A DNA stretch of 64,000 nt from Aurantibacter sp. (GTDB lineage Bacteria > Bacteroidota > Bacteroidia > Flavobacteriales > Flavobacteriaceae): assembly GCF_042094015.1 (NCBI RefSeq), contig NZ_JBELDZ010000001.1, positions 44,091 to 108,090 on the forward strand. The letters run 5' to 3'. This document shows, piece after piece, positions 9,601 through 17,461 of this stretch (position 1 is the first letter of the stretch; every line of letters starts with the position of its first letter). The notes beneath the pieces were generated by a model. That model had not been told where the DNA came from, did not search any database, and saw only the letters and a list, made by a program, of their open reading frames with translations. Made by a program: the position numbers and the translations under genes.

Positions 9601-11241
9601 CGATGATACTTTTTTAAACTGAATCCAAACATTAGCATTTGTTGTATAAGCAGATAAATTTACAGTATATTGACTGTATGAGTCGGAAGGAACATTACTA
9701 TGATTGAAAACTTCAACTGTTGTAAAAGGACCTGTTTGGCTCGTAGTTGATATATTTATGTTTAATGTTTTTCCGCTTGTATTGCCTGTTCTTCCTAAAT
9801 AAAAAGTTAGATTCGTAGGATATGTAACTTCAGATGTAGTTAAACTTCCATTATTGGAATTAAAAATAGAAGCTGCAGGTGCAGAGTTATAGTCTGTAGC
9901 AGAAGTACTTCGATTTACTCCAGTTGCTAACCAACCAGTTGGTTGAAATGTTGTATCTGTAAAATCTTCAGCTAAACAAGGTCCTGTTAATGTGGTTTCA
10001 TTATTTATTAATGGACTTGTTGTATTATATGTATTTCCACCAATACAATTTGTGTTATTATAGGTAAATACAAAATAGTAATACGTCGTTGTAGAGCTTA
10101 GACCTGATGCTGTAAAGCTTGTTGTTGCTCCACTCTGTATTACCGTTCCTCCTCCTAAACTATCTCCTGGGTTATATGTTATTCCGTCAATAGGAGTAGA
10201 ACTTAATGATGGAGATGTACTTTGTATTATTAAATAATTATCTGCTGTTGTTGCAGTAAAACTTCCATCTATACTAGAACTAGTAATTGTGCCAAAAACT
10301 AAATTGGTAGCTTGATTAGTTGGTGCAATACAAGGCGTTGTTCCTTCCCCAATAATATCAAATAAGTAAGGAGATTCATCTGAATCTGTATTATCTATGC
10401 TTACTGTAGCTGTTCTTGTTCCAACGGCTAATGGGTTAAAAGTAATATCGAACGAGGTATTTAAACCAACTCCAATAGTTGTAATAATTGGTTGAGTTAC
10501 CGTAAAGTCTCCCGGATTAGCACCAATTATATCAACAATAGGAGAGCCATTTAAAAGCAAAGGCATTGTTCCGTTATTTTCAATAACAAAAGAATAAACT
10601 TGAGATCCAGAAGCGACATCTTGTTGTCCGAAATCTGTAAAATCTCCTGTTTGAGGTGTTGTGTCGTTGTTAGCTATATCTAGCGTGTTACCAGTAATAT
10701 TAATTTCTGGTTCTGGTGTAACAATAACGTAATCGGTTATTTCAAAATCATCTATAGATAATCTTTCTTCGTCTGTAATCGAAATGACTTGAATTAAAAT
10801 ATCATCTCCATTATAATTTACTGTTTGCGAAAACTGCATATATGTTGTAGATGTAACATTTACTACACTGCCAATATTTATCCAGTTTGAGCCGTTATCT
10901 GTACTGTATTGAACTTGAAAAGAAACATTACTGCCATCCGCATCCCAATGTCTATACCAAAAAGAAATATCTCCAATTCCGTTATCTTTACCATTACCAT
11001 CTAATCCAAGATATCTTAAGAATTCATTAGCGCCACTATCGTCATTAAATCTTACACTTTTAGACCCTGTTCTTGATGGACTGCCTAATAAAGAGTTGTT
11101 ATTTGACCATTGTCCAGATGCAAGAGTTGTGGTTACTGTTGCTCCATAAGATGCATCTACCCAACTTTCGAAAGACTCAGTAACTTGACCGTAACTAATA
11201 AATGTAAATAATATTAAAAAGCAGAATATTCTTAATTTCAT
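6634..11241 (-). CDS. Giant T9SS-secreted multidomain surface protein (lamin-tail domain, IPT/TIG, Ig/FN3-like, choice-of-anchor-like modules, type-A CTD)
   Basis: Signal peptide MKLRIFCFLILFTFISYGQ. LTD motif IFISEVTDASSGSLSYIEIYNGTGASIDL...SGDSFIFAT. IPT/TIG-like ISGPSGTEITINGTGFTAGTTV. C-terminal CTD ...MYLVQIKLSNNKTTTKKIIKR. Confidence 0.85.
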   Translation of the reverse strand: MKLRIFCFLILFTFISYGQVTESFESWVDASYGATVTTTLASGQWSNNNSLLGSPSRTGSKSVRFNDDSGANEFLRYLGLDGNGKDNGIGDISFWYRHWDADGSNVSFQVQYSTDNGSNWINIGSVVNVTSTTYMQFSQTVNYNGDDILIQVISITDEERLSIDDFEITDYVIVTPEPEINITGNTLDIANNDTTPQTGDFTDFGQQDVASGSQVYSFVIENNGTMPLLLNGSPIVDIIGANPGDFTVTQPIITTIGVGLNTSFDITFNPLAVGTRTATVSIDNTDSDESPYLFDIIGEGTTPCIAPTNQATNLVFGTITSSSIDGSFTATTADNYLIIQSTSPSLSSTPIDGITYNPGDSLGGGTVIQSGATTSFTASGLSSTTTYYYFVFTYNNTNCIGGNTYNTTSPLINNETTLTGPCLAEDFTDTTFQPTGWLATGVNRSTSATDYNSAPAASIFNSNNGSLTTSEVTYPTNLTFYLGRTGNTSGKTLNINISTTSQTGPFTTVEVFNHSNVPSDSYSQYTVNLSAYTTNANVWIQFKKVSSTTSPWRLDDIEVNCGTACTSTQTITAFAPISGPSGTEITINGTGFTAGTTVDIGSESATIISQTATTIIAEIPTGASTNVITLTESGCALNSSSAFTVLTESGSCTSGPSFTDIFISEVTDASSGSLSYIEIYNGTGASIDLAANNYALRFKNNGGLETDLALTGVLNSGDSFIFATSVGAGCAAVPGADGSYADQTEVFSGVNNNDCISLLKNTIIIDVWGICDGSTWINALGLGGEGYDFQRKSTATAPNTTFNSSDWTIIDYDSCDDNYTDIETYDGSSTFPNVTLQPADVNTCSTSANFSITAIAGNSGTLSYQWYFNDGSSSTWTIANSTNLPLVTVSGETSINLQLTGSVSAYSGYQFYCLVTEDGTCSSASDASQLKSDSTTWDGFTWDNGTPTNSILAILDANYNTVTNGSIVACSLVINSSYILTVANNSYIQITNDIVNNGQLIVNDFGSVVQVDDAGTYTDSGSAAANPTIVEKSTAPTSAWYEYTFWSSPVQSATLSEALPLSSIYRRFWLKAQNYQDSFYETNNDNTQTAGAGIDNVDDNANAWQAGGNGMIMAPGMGFVATLSPGTFSGQGTYAHEFKDDLNTGTITTPVYRNDAELNDTNWNLVGNPYPSAINVDAFLTENRFDLNASGRIEGAVYIWSHSLPPSATVNGNYVLNFDVNDYAAINGSGEAAGGDNNGDNVVDALDIPNRFIPSCQSFLVTYSNTPASTSGNVTFTNSMRETGDNDQFFRNNSESVPNKFWLNLSNDFGLYNQILVSYVDGATNGNDGSYFDAKRHSIVMASMALYSTSNENELADKFLIQGRNPETLTLDEVVNLGYRSTIDAPTIYKFSLDKFQGDFLNTTNIYIKDKYTNQILNLKDEDYAFTSETGEFTDRFEIVFKSPQDNPIDTITETPTGNLTVFETNNNILSTNTNSDLKIESMTIFDTLGKLLFNKDSINSDTFNLNISDFSSAMYLVQIKLSNNKTTTKKIIKR

Positions 11242-11382
11242 AGTTTTCTTTGTTAAAATAACAGCATGTAAATATAGAAATAATATATTAGTTAATATTA
11301 ACTAAAAGTTAACTTTAATGGGTTCATAATTAAATAGTTATTAACAATAACTTTTCGTCGATTATTGTTACTTTTGATAGAT

Positions 11383-11862
11383 ATGCAAATTAAAAAAAAT
11401 AAATCTTTTACTTTAGAAGAGGCTAAACGTAAGTTAGAGCATTATTGTGCCTACCAAGAACGTTGTCATAAAGAAGTTACTTCTAAATTAAGAGAATTAA
11501 ACATGATACCTTCAGCAATTGATGTTATTGTAGTGCATTTAATAAGTCATAAATTTTTAGACGAAACTCGTTTTGCAGAAACTTTTGCAAGGGGGAAATT
11601 TAGAATTAAGAAGTGGGGAAAGCAACGAATTATTCGTGAGCTTAAATTTAAACAGATTTCTGTTTACAATATAAAAAAGGGTTTAGCCCAAATATCTGAT
11701 GAAGATTATTATAATACGTTTGATGAATTGGCATCTAAAAAATCAGAAACAATAACAGAATCAAATGTTTATAAAAAACGAAAAAAATTAGCAGACTACC
11801 TTTTGTATAGAGGTTGGGAATCGGTTATGGTATACAGTAAGGTAAAGGAATTATTCCCTTAA
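11383..11862 (+). CDS. recX: Recombination regulator RecX
   Basis: EEAKRKLEHYCAYQERCHKEV... plus three-helix repeat architecture and ~160 aa length. I prefer the ATG at 11383 (MQIKKNK) to the track's TTG at 11365. Confidence 0.8.
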   Translation: MQIKKNKSFTLEEAKRKLEHYCAYQERCHKEVTSKLRELNMIPSAIDVIVVHLISHKFLDETRFAETFARGKFRIKKWGKQRIIRELKFKQISVYNIKKGLAQISDEDYYNTFDELASKKSETITESNVYKKRKKLADYLLYRGWESVMVYSKVKELFP

Positions 11863-11876
11863 AACATAAAACAAGA

Positions 11877-12725
11877 TTATTTAGTTTTTAATGCTTTTTT
11901 GTTTTTCCATTCTATCCATTTTTGACCTTTTAATGTTCTCATTAAATTATCAAAATTTCGCATAACAAACAGATTATAAATAGCTTTTGTAAAATTCTTT
12001 GGACTTCTGTATAAAGTCCTTAAACTCATGGAAAAACCTGGTGTAATATATTTCATGTAATGCCAATAACCTTCTGGTATATATAATATTTCACCATGAT
12101 TTAATTCTGTTCTATATCCTTCGGCTAATTTTAAATTTGGCCATTTATTTAAGTTAGGGTTTGAAAAATCAATATCTTCTCTTGTAATCAAAGAAAAAGG
12201 AACTTTGTATAAATGCTTATTTTGCTTTTGATCAAATAGGATAACTTCTTTTTTTCCTTCAAAATGAAAATGAAAAATATTAGCTAAATCAATGTCATAA
12301 TGCATAAATGTGTGCGATTCTTTTCCTCCAAAAAACAACATTGGTAAATTTTTCATTAAGCGTAAACCAAAATCTGGAAGCATATAATCCTTTTGAAGAA
12401 CAGGTACTTCTTTTAAAATGTTCCAAAGAAAAACTCTAAATTTTGTTGGTTTATTTTTAAGTAGATCAATATAATCTGCCATTTTCATTTCTGCATGTGG
12501 CTGATTAAAACCATCTTTATGATGTACAGGTCTGTCGTCGTAGAGTGGAACTGTTTTCTCTCCTGCAACTTTTTTTATATAATCTAAATTCCACTTTGTG
12601 TACGCAGGCCAGTCTTCAATAAAACACTCTATTACCACAGGTTTTTGTGATTTAAAATAGGTCTTAATAAAGTCTTGCTTTGTAATCGTTTTTACACGAG
12701 GAATATGTTCAAGATTTAAACTCAA
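11877..12725 (-). CDS. Cupin-like / JmjC-domain protein
   Basis: Cupin_8-like layout: WPAYTKWNLDYI, an HxD metal site in SHTFMHYDID, and a distal His in ILYIPEGYWHYMKY. Confidence 0.7.
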   Translation of the reverse strand: MSLNLEHIPRVKTITKQDFIKTYFKSQKPVVIECFIEDWPAYTKWNLDYIKKVAGEKTVPLYDDRPVHHKDGFNQPHAEMKMADYIDLLKNKPTKFRVFLWNILKEVPVLQKDYMLPDFGLRLMKNLPMLFFGGKESHTFMHYDIDLANIFHFHFEGKKEVILFDQKQNKHLYKVPFSLITREDIDFSNPNLNKWPNLKLAEGYRTELNHGEILYIPEGYWHYMKYITPGFSMSLRTLYRSPKNFTKAIYNLFVMRNFDNLMRTLKGQKWIEWKNKKALKTK

Positions 12726-12764
12726 AAAATAGTTGTTTCAATTATAAATGTACTAAAATGCAAA

Positions 12765-12804
12765 AAAGCAGCTATTGATATATTTGTAAATTAATAGCTG
12801 CTTT
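12765..12804 (-). terminator. Rho-independent terminator downstream of bioB
   Basis: 12-bp arms aaagcagctatt (12765-12776) / aatagctgcttt (12793-12804). On the minus strand the hairpin is followed by TTTTTTG. Confidence 0.65.
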
Positions 12805-12824
12805 TAATATATGTTTTAAAAACT

Positions 12825-13919
12825 TTACTTTAAAACTTTACCTTTTTGTTTAGCTTCTTCGTTTCGTTCAATTTTATGATCAGGTCGAGTCCATCTAGGT
12901 TTTTCGCCTAAAGCTTCAAATTTAGAATCTGCAGCATCAACAGTTTGTGGTTGTACCTTTTTGGTAAATGGTTTTTGAGGAATCATTCCTAATTTCTCAA
13001 ACATTTTCATATCCTCATTTACATCTGGATTTGGCGTAGTCAATAATTTATCTCCTGCAAAAATAGAATTTGCCCCAGCAAAGAAACACATTGCTTGTCC
13101 TTCTCTACTCATTTGAGTTCTTCCAGCGCTTAAACGCACTTGTGTTTCTGGTAATACAATTCTTGTTGTTGCAACCATTCTAATCATATCCCATATTTCT
13201 ACAGGTTTTTGATCTTCTAATGGTGTTCCTTCTACAGCAACTAAAGCGTTTATTGGTGTAGATTCTGGTTGTGGGTTTAAAGTAGATAACGCTACTAACA
13301 TTCCAGCTCTATCTGCAATGTTTTCTCCCATTCCAATAATTCCACCAGAGCAAACTGTCACGTTTGTTTTACGAACATTATCTATAGTATCTAATCGATC
13401 CTGATAACCTCTTGTGGAAATAACTTCTTTGTAGTATTCTTCGGACGAATCTAAATTATGATTGTAAGCATATAAACCAGCTTCAGCTAAACGCTGTGCC
13501 TGGTTTTCTGTTACCATACCTAAAGTACAGCAAACTTCCATATCTAATTTATTTATGGTGCGTACCATATCTAAAACTTGGTCAAATTCTGGTCCATCTT
13601 TTACGTTTCTCCAGGCTGCACCCATACATACACGAGAACTTCCGCCAGATTTTGCACGTAAAGCTTGAGCTTTTACCTGCTGTACAGTCATTAAATCGTT
13701 ACCTTCAACATCTGTATGATAACGAGCTGCTTGTGGACAATACCCGCAATCTTCAGAACAACCACCGGTTTTTATAGATAATAAAGTAGACACTTGCACC
13801 ACGTTTGGGTCGTGTTGTTGTCTATGAATTGTTGCTGCTTCATATAATAACTCCATCATTGGTTTATTATAAATAGCAAGAATTTCTTCCTTGGTCCAAT
13901 TATGTCTTACTTCACTCAT
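12825..13919 (-). CDS. bioB: Biotin synthase
   Basis: Radical-SAM CxxxCxxC in GGCSEDCGYCPQA, plus full-length BioB-like sequence (YNHNLDSS, SGGIIGMGE). Confidence 0.95.
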   Translation of the reverse strand: MSEVRHNWTKEEILAIYNKPMMELLYEAATIHRQQHDPNVVQVSTLLSIKTGGCSEDCGYCPQAARYHTDVEGNDLMTVQQVKAQALRAKSGGSSRVCMGAAWRNVKDGPEFDQVLDMVRTINKLDMEVCCTLGMVTENQAQRLAEAGLYAYNHNLDSSEEYYKEVISTRGYQDRLDTIDNVRKTNVTVCSGGIIGMGENIADRAGMLVALSTLNPQPESTPINALVAVEGTPLEDQKPVEIWDMIRMVATTRIVLPETQVRLSAGRTQMSREGQAMCFFAGANSIFAGDKLLTTPNPDVNEDMKMFEKLGMIPQKPFTKKVQPQTVDAADSKFEALGEKPRWTRPDHKIERNEEAKQKGKVLK

Positions 13920-14010
13920 TGTGCTAAAATATTTTGAACAAAAATAGTAATATAGATTTGTTTTTATGTTGAAATATATCCAAAATATGGCTTTTTTTAA
14001 GCTGCGGAAA

Positions 14011-15153
14011 TTATTTTTTTATGATAACACTTACTGCATTTCCTCCAAATCCAACTGCATTAATCATTATAGAATTGATTGATTTTGGTTGGTTCTGTTT
14101 AAAAAAAGGAACATTAAAAACTGTTTGTTCTTGAAGCATTAAGATGGCCATTTCTATGCTCAATACACCTGAGGCACCTAAACTATGTCCTATTTTCCAT
14201 TTGTTATTAGTTAAAAAAGGAAGTGTTTTAAAGGTGTTTTTTATGGCGTTATATTCTGCTTTATCACCTTTTATAGTTCCTGGTGTATGCGTTACAATTA
14301 CGTCTACAGTTTCTATATTAGCTTGATTTAAAGCCATTTTCATAGATTTTTTAAAACAATCTCCGGCACTTGAAAGTGATACGTGATGCTGTAAAATTTC
14401 TGTAGCATAACCAATACCAGCTATTTGAGCTAATCGATTAGGTTTATGTCCAGATTCTAAGCACAAACTTGCTGAAGCTTCACTTAAAATCATACTATTT
14501 TTTGTCTTATTAAAATCTAATGCTTTACACGGATATTCTGTTTCTGTGTTCGATGCATAAATTTTCAAAGCCTGCATTTGTGCTATGGTAAAAGGTGTAA
14601 GTGGTGCTTCTGTTCCACCTATTAAAAATTGATCAGCCAAGCCTGACTTTAACCAAACCATACCATTTAATAATGCGTGTAATGCTGTTGAGCAGGTTAT
14701 AGAATGCGATATTTCTGGTCCAGAAGTTTGCAAATCATGAGCAACCCATGAAGATATGTTTCCTAAAGTTGTGGTTGGAGATGCTAAAATTTCAGCTTTA
14801 TTGTTTTTTAAAAATGCTTCGTGATGATTCTCAAATAAAGCGGTTGCACCACGAGAAGAACCAATGTTTACTCCAAAATTAGAACCTGTTGACCAATTAG
14901 CTTCTTTAATAGCGTTTCTAGAGCTTAAAATAGAGAATAAAACCGAATTGTCTAAAGGCTTGTATTTAATGTTTTCTGTTTTTAAAGCTTTAATTTTTTC
15001 TAAGCTTCCTTTGTTTAATTGTGCAACCCAAGTGTTATCCTTCGTAGAAAAATAATGATTAGTATTTAAGTAGGCTTTCAATATATCATCTCGATTATCG
15101 CCTAATGGCGAAACCGAAGCTAATCCTGTTATTGAAATTGGAGTTTGTTGCAT
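14011..15153 (-). CDS. Beta-ketoacyl synthase, KAS I/II-like (Cys-His-His), embedded in the biotin operon
   Basis: Thiolase-fold KAS motifs: active-site Cys in HSITCSTALHAL, first His in VTHTPGTIKGD, second His in KIGHSLGASG. 380 aa. Lies 22 nt downstream of bioA on the same strand. Confidence 0.8.
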   Translation of the reverse strand: MQQTPISITGLASVSPLGDNRDDILKAYLNTNHYFSTKDNTWVAQLNKGSLEKIKALKTENIKYKPLDNSVLFSILSSRNAIKEANWSTGSNFGVNIGSSRGATALFENHHEAFLKNNKAEILASPTTTLGNISSWVAHDLQTSGPEISHSITCSTALHALLNGMVWLKSGLADQFLIGGTEAPLTPFTIAQMQALKIYASNTETEYPCKALDFNKTKNSMILSEASASLCLESGHKPNRLAQIAGIGYATEILQHHVSLSSAGDCFKKSMKMALNQANIETVDVIVTHTPGTIKGDKAEYNAIKNTFKTLPFLTNNKWKIGHSLGASGVLSIEMAILMLQEQTVFNVPFFKQNQPKSINSIMINAVGFGGNAVSVIIKK

Positions 15154-15175
15154 AACTTTTTATAAGATCTCAAAA

Positions 15176-16441
15176 TTAAAGAATCTCTAACGCTTCTTCT
15201 ATTGTTGAGTATATTTTTTCTAATTCTTTTTTAGAAATAGTATAAGGCGCTAAAATATAAATGGTTGAACCAAGCGGACGTAAAAACACGCCTTTACTCA
15301 TAAAAAACTGAAATAACTTATCGCGTAAATTCCCGTAGCGTTGCATTTTAATGTTTAAATCTAATGCAAAAATAATTCCTGTCTGTCTAATAGATGCTAC
15401 TTTACTGTGCGATTTTATATGTTCGCCAAATGTTTTATGAGAAGCTGTTATGGTTGAAATATTCGTCTGAATTTCTTTAGAAGTTAACAATTCTATACCT
15501 GCTAAAGCTGCTGTACATGCTAATGGGTTTCCAGAATAGGTATGTCCGTGAAATAAGCCTTTTTCAATATCATCACTATAAAAAGCATCATAAATTTTTT
15601 GAGAACAACTTGTAATTGCCATTGGCAATAAACCTGCAGTTAAAGCTTTGCTTAAGCACATTACGTCTGGTTTTGTTTCTAATTGCTCTGATGTAAAATG
15701 AGTTCCTGTTTTTCCAAAACCAGTCATAACTTCGTCTGCAACCGTAATTATGTTGTGTTTTTTACAGAATTGTAAGATTAATTCTAAACCTGCTTTGTTG
15801 TGCATTTTCATTGCTGCAGCACCTTGAACTAACGGTTCGTAAACAAAACCTGATACTTTATTATTTTTTACAATTTCTTCTAATTGTGCTAAAATGGCTT
15901 CGTGATTTTCGCCATTTGGTGTTGGAATACGTTTTACGTCTAATAATAAATCCTCAAAAGGTCCATTGTAAACAGATAATCCAGAAACACTCATAGCTCC
16001 AAATGTGTCTCCGTGGAATCCATCTTCAAAAGCGACTAATGTATTGCGTTTTTCACCTTGATTAAAATGATATTGTAATGCCATTTTAATTCCAATTTCT
16101 ACAGACGAAGATCCATTATCATTAAAAAATAATTTCTCTTGGTTTTCTGGAAGAATACTAATTAGTGCTTCAGATAATTTTACAGCAGGTTCATGTGTAA
16201 ATCCACTAAAAACAACTTGATCTAATTGTTGCATTTGTTTGTAAACACGACTGGTAATATAATCGTTACAATGTCCGTACATACAAGTGTACCAAGACGC
16301 AATTGCATCTATGTATGTGTTTCCATCTTCATCTGTTAAAGTACAGTTTTTAGCTTTGGTTATAGCAATCGCTTCAGGATGTAGTTTATGCTGTGTTAAT
16401 GGATGCCAAATATGTTTTTTATCGCGTTCTTTTAGTGTCAT
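15176..16441 (-). CDS. bioA: Adenosylmethionine-8-amino-7-oxononanoate aminotransferase
   Basis: Class-III aminotransferase. N-terminus HIWHPLTQHK, DEVMTGFGKTG, and the PLP lysine in LSKALTAGLLPM. Confidence 0.92.
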   Translation of the reverse strand: MTLKERDKKHIWHPLTQHKLHPEAIAITKAKNCTLTDEDGNTYIDAIASWYTCMYGHCNDYITSRVYKQMQQLDQVVFSGFTHEPAVKLSEALISILPENQEKLFFNDNGSSSVEIGIKMALQYHFNQGEKRNTLVAFEDGFHGDTFGAMSVSGLSVYNGPFEDLLLDVKRIPTPNGENHEAILAQLEEIVKNNKVSGFVYEPLVQGAAAMKMHNKAGLELILQFCKKHNIITVADEVMTGFGKTGTHFTSEQLETKPDVMCLSKALTAGLLPMAITSCSQKIYDAFYSDDIEKGLFHGHTYSGNPLACTAALAGIELLTSKEIQTNISTITASHKTFGEHIKSHSKVASIRQTGIIFALDLNIKMQRYGNLRDKLFQFFMSKGVFLRPLGSTIYILAPYTISKKELEKIYSTIEEALEIL

Positions 16442-17049
16442 TACAATTTACCTTTAAATAATTCCGCGTATTCTTTTATTACATTCTTATCAAAATAAGG
16501 TTCTTCGTTTATGCGACCAATATATTCCGTTTTACTCATTTTTAAAATAATATCTTCTGTTGTTTTGTGCTCGTTCCCACTAAATATTAGTTTTGTTTTA
16601 AACCCTTTTTGTTCTAATAAATTAAGGGTTAAAAGTGTATGATTTATACTTCCTAAGTAATGTCTAGAAACTACAATAATTTCAGCGTGTTTAGAAATAA
16701 TATCTAAAATGGTTTCTGTGTTATTTAATGGAACTAATAATCCGCCTGCGCCTTCAATAACCAAATTGTTTTTCGTTTTTGGCGCTTTTATTTTTGAGGT
16801 GTCAATTTTAACACCATCAATTTCTGCAGATGCGTGCGGACTCATTGGCGTTTTTAGAGCGTAGCTATTTTTATGAAACACAGAAGTTGTATTAGAAATT
16901 AATTGTTTCACTTTTTTAGTGTCACAATTATCTAATTCTCCAGATTGTATAGGTTTCCAATAGTCAGCTTTTAAAGCTTCTACAGCAATTGCAGAAGCTA
17001 CGGTTTTACCAACTTCGGTAGAAATTCCTGTTATAAAATAAGTTTTCAT
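16441..17049 (-). CDS. bioD: Dethiobiotin synthetase
   Basis: P-loop ITGISTEVGKT, VIEGAGGLLVP, ~200 aa. Its stop overlaps the bioA start by 1 nt. Confidence 0.92.
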   Translation of the reverse strand: MKTYFITGISTEVGKTVASAIAVEALKADYWKPIQSGELDNCDTKKVKQLISNTTSVFHKNSYALKTPMSPHASAEIDGVKIDTSKIKAPKTKNNLVIEGAGGLLVPLNNTETILDIISKHAEIIVVSRHYLGSINHTLLTLNLLEQKGFKTKLIFSGNEHKTTEDIILKMSKTEYIGRINEEPYFDKNVIKEYAELFKGKL

Positions 17050-17459
17050 TCTAAATTAAAATTTGTGTTACAAGCTTCGCATTTGTATTCGTATTTTGTG
17101 TAAAATGGTAATAATCTCAAAAAGATACTTGTTAAAAATGCTAAAAGCGATTTAATACTATTTATGGTTGAAAATAACTGAACGCTTTCGTTATTACAAT
17201 TTGGACAGTTTATAGTTTTTCCTTCATTTGTTAAAGAGTATTTAGAAATGCTTTCTAGAATAGACTTTGCTTTTTCGGCTTGTTCTTGTGGTACTTTTAT
17301 TTTTACGCCACCAATGGCTTGACTAACTAATGGATCTGTATCTATAGTGAATTCATCAGACAAAAAAACCGCAATTCCATCTGCTTCTAAGCGACCTTTT
17401 ATAATCTGAGCTTCGCTTGAATAATTAAAACGAGCAATTGTTGTAAAGGTATTACTCAT
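17046..17459 (-). CDS. DUF2007-like domain protein with C-terminal CxxC...CxxC zinc-ribbon flanking a hydrophobic helix
   Basis: N-terminal pattern ARFNYSSEAQIIKGRLEADGIAVFLSDE...GGVKIKVPQEQAEKAKSIL matches DUF2007. The C-terminus has CPNC ... LLAFLTSIFLRLLPFY ... CEAC. It overlaps bioD by 4 nt and starts 3 nt after the bioF stop. Confidence 0.6.
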   Translation of the reverse strand: MSNTFTTIARFNYSSEAQIIKGRLEADGIAVFLSDEFTIDTDPLVSQAIGGVKIKVPQEQAEKAKSILESISKYSLTNEGKTINCPNCNNESVQLFSTINSIKSLLAFLTSIFLRLLPFYTKYEYKCEACNTNFNLE

Positions 17460-17461
17460 AA

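Noticed and set aside
13496-16000. Plus-strand ORFs 13496-13777, 14144-14326, 14864-15055 and 15811-15996 within bioB, the KAS gene and bioA
   Set aside because: All are antisense to genes with unambiguous enzyme motifs, so they are most likely frame artefacts.
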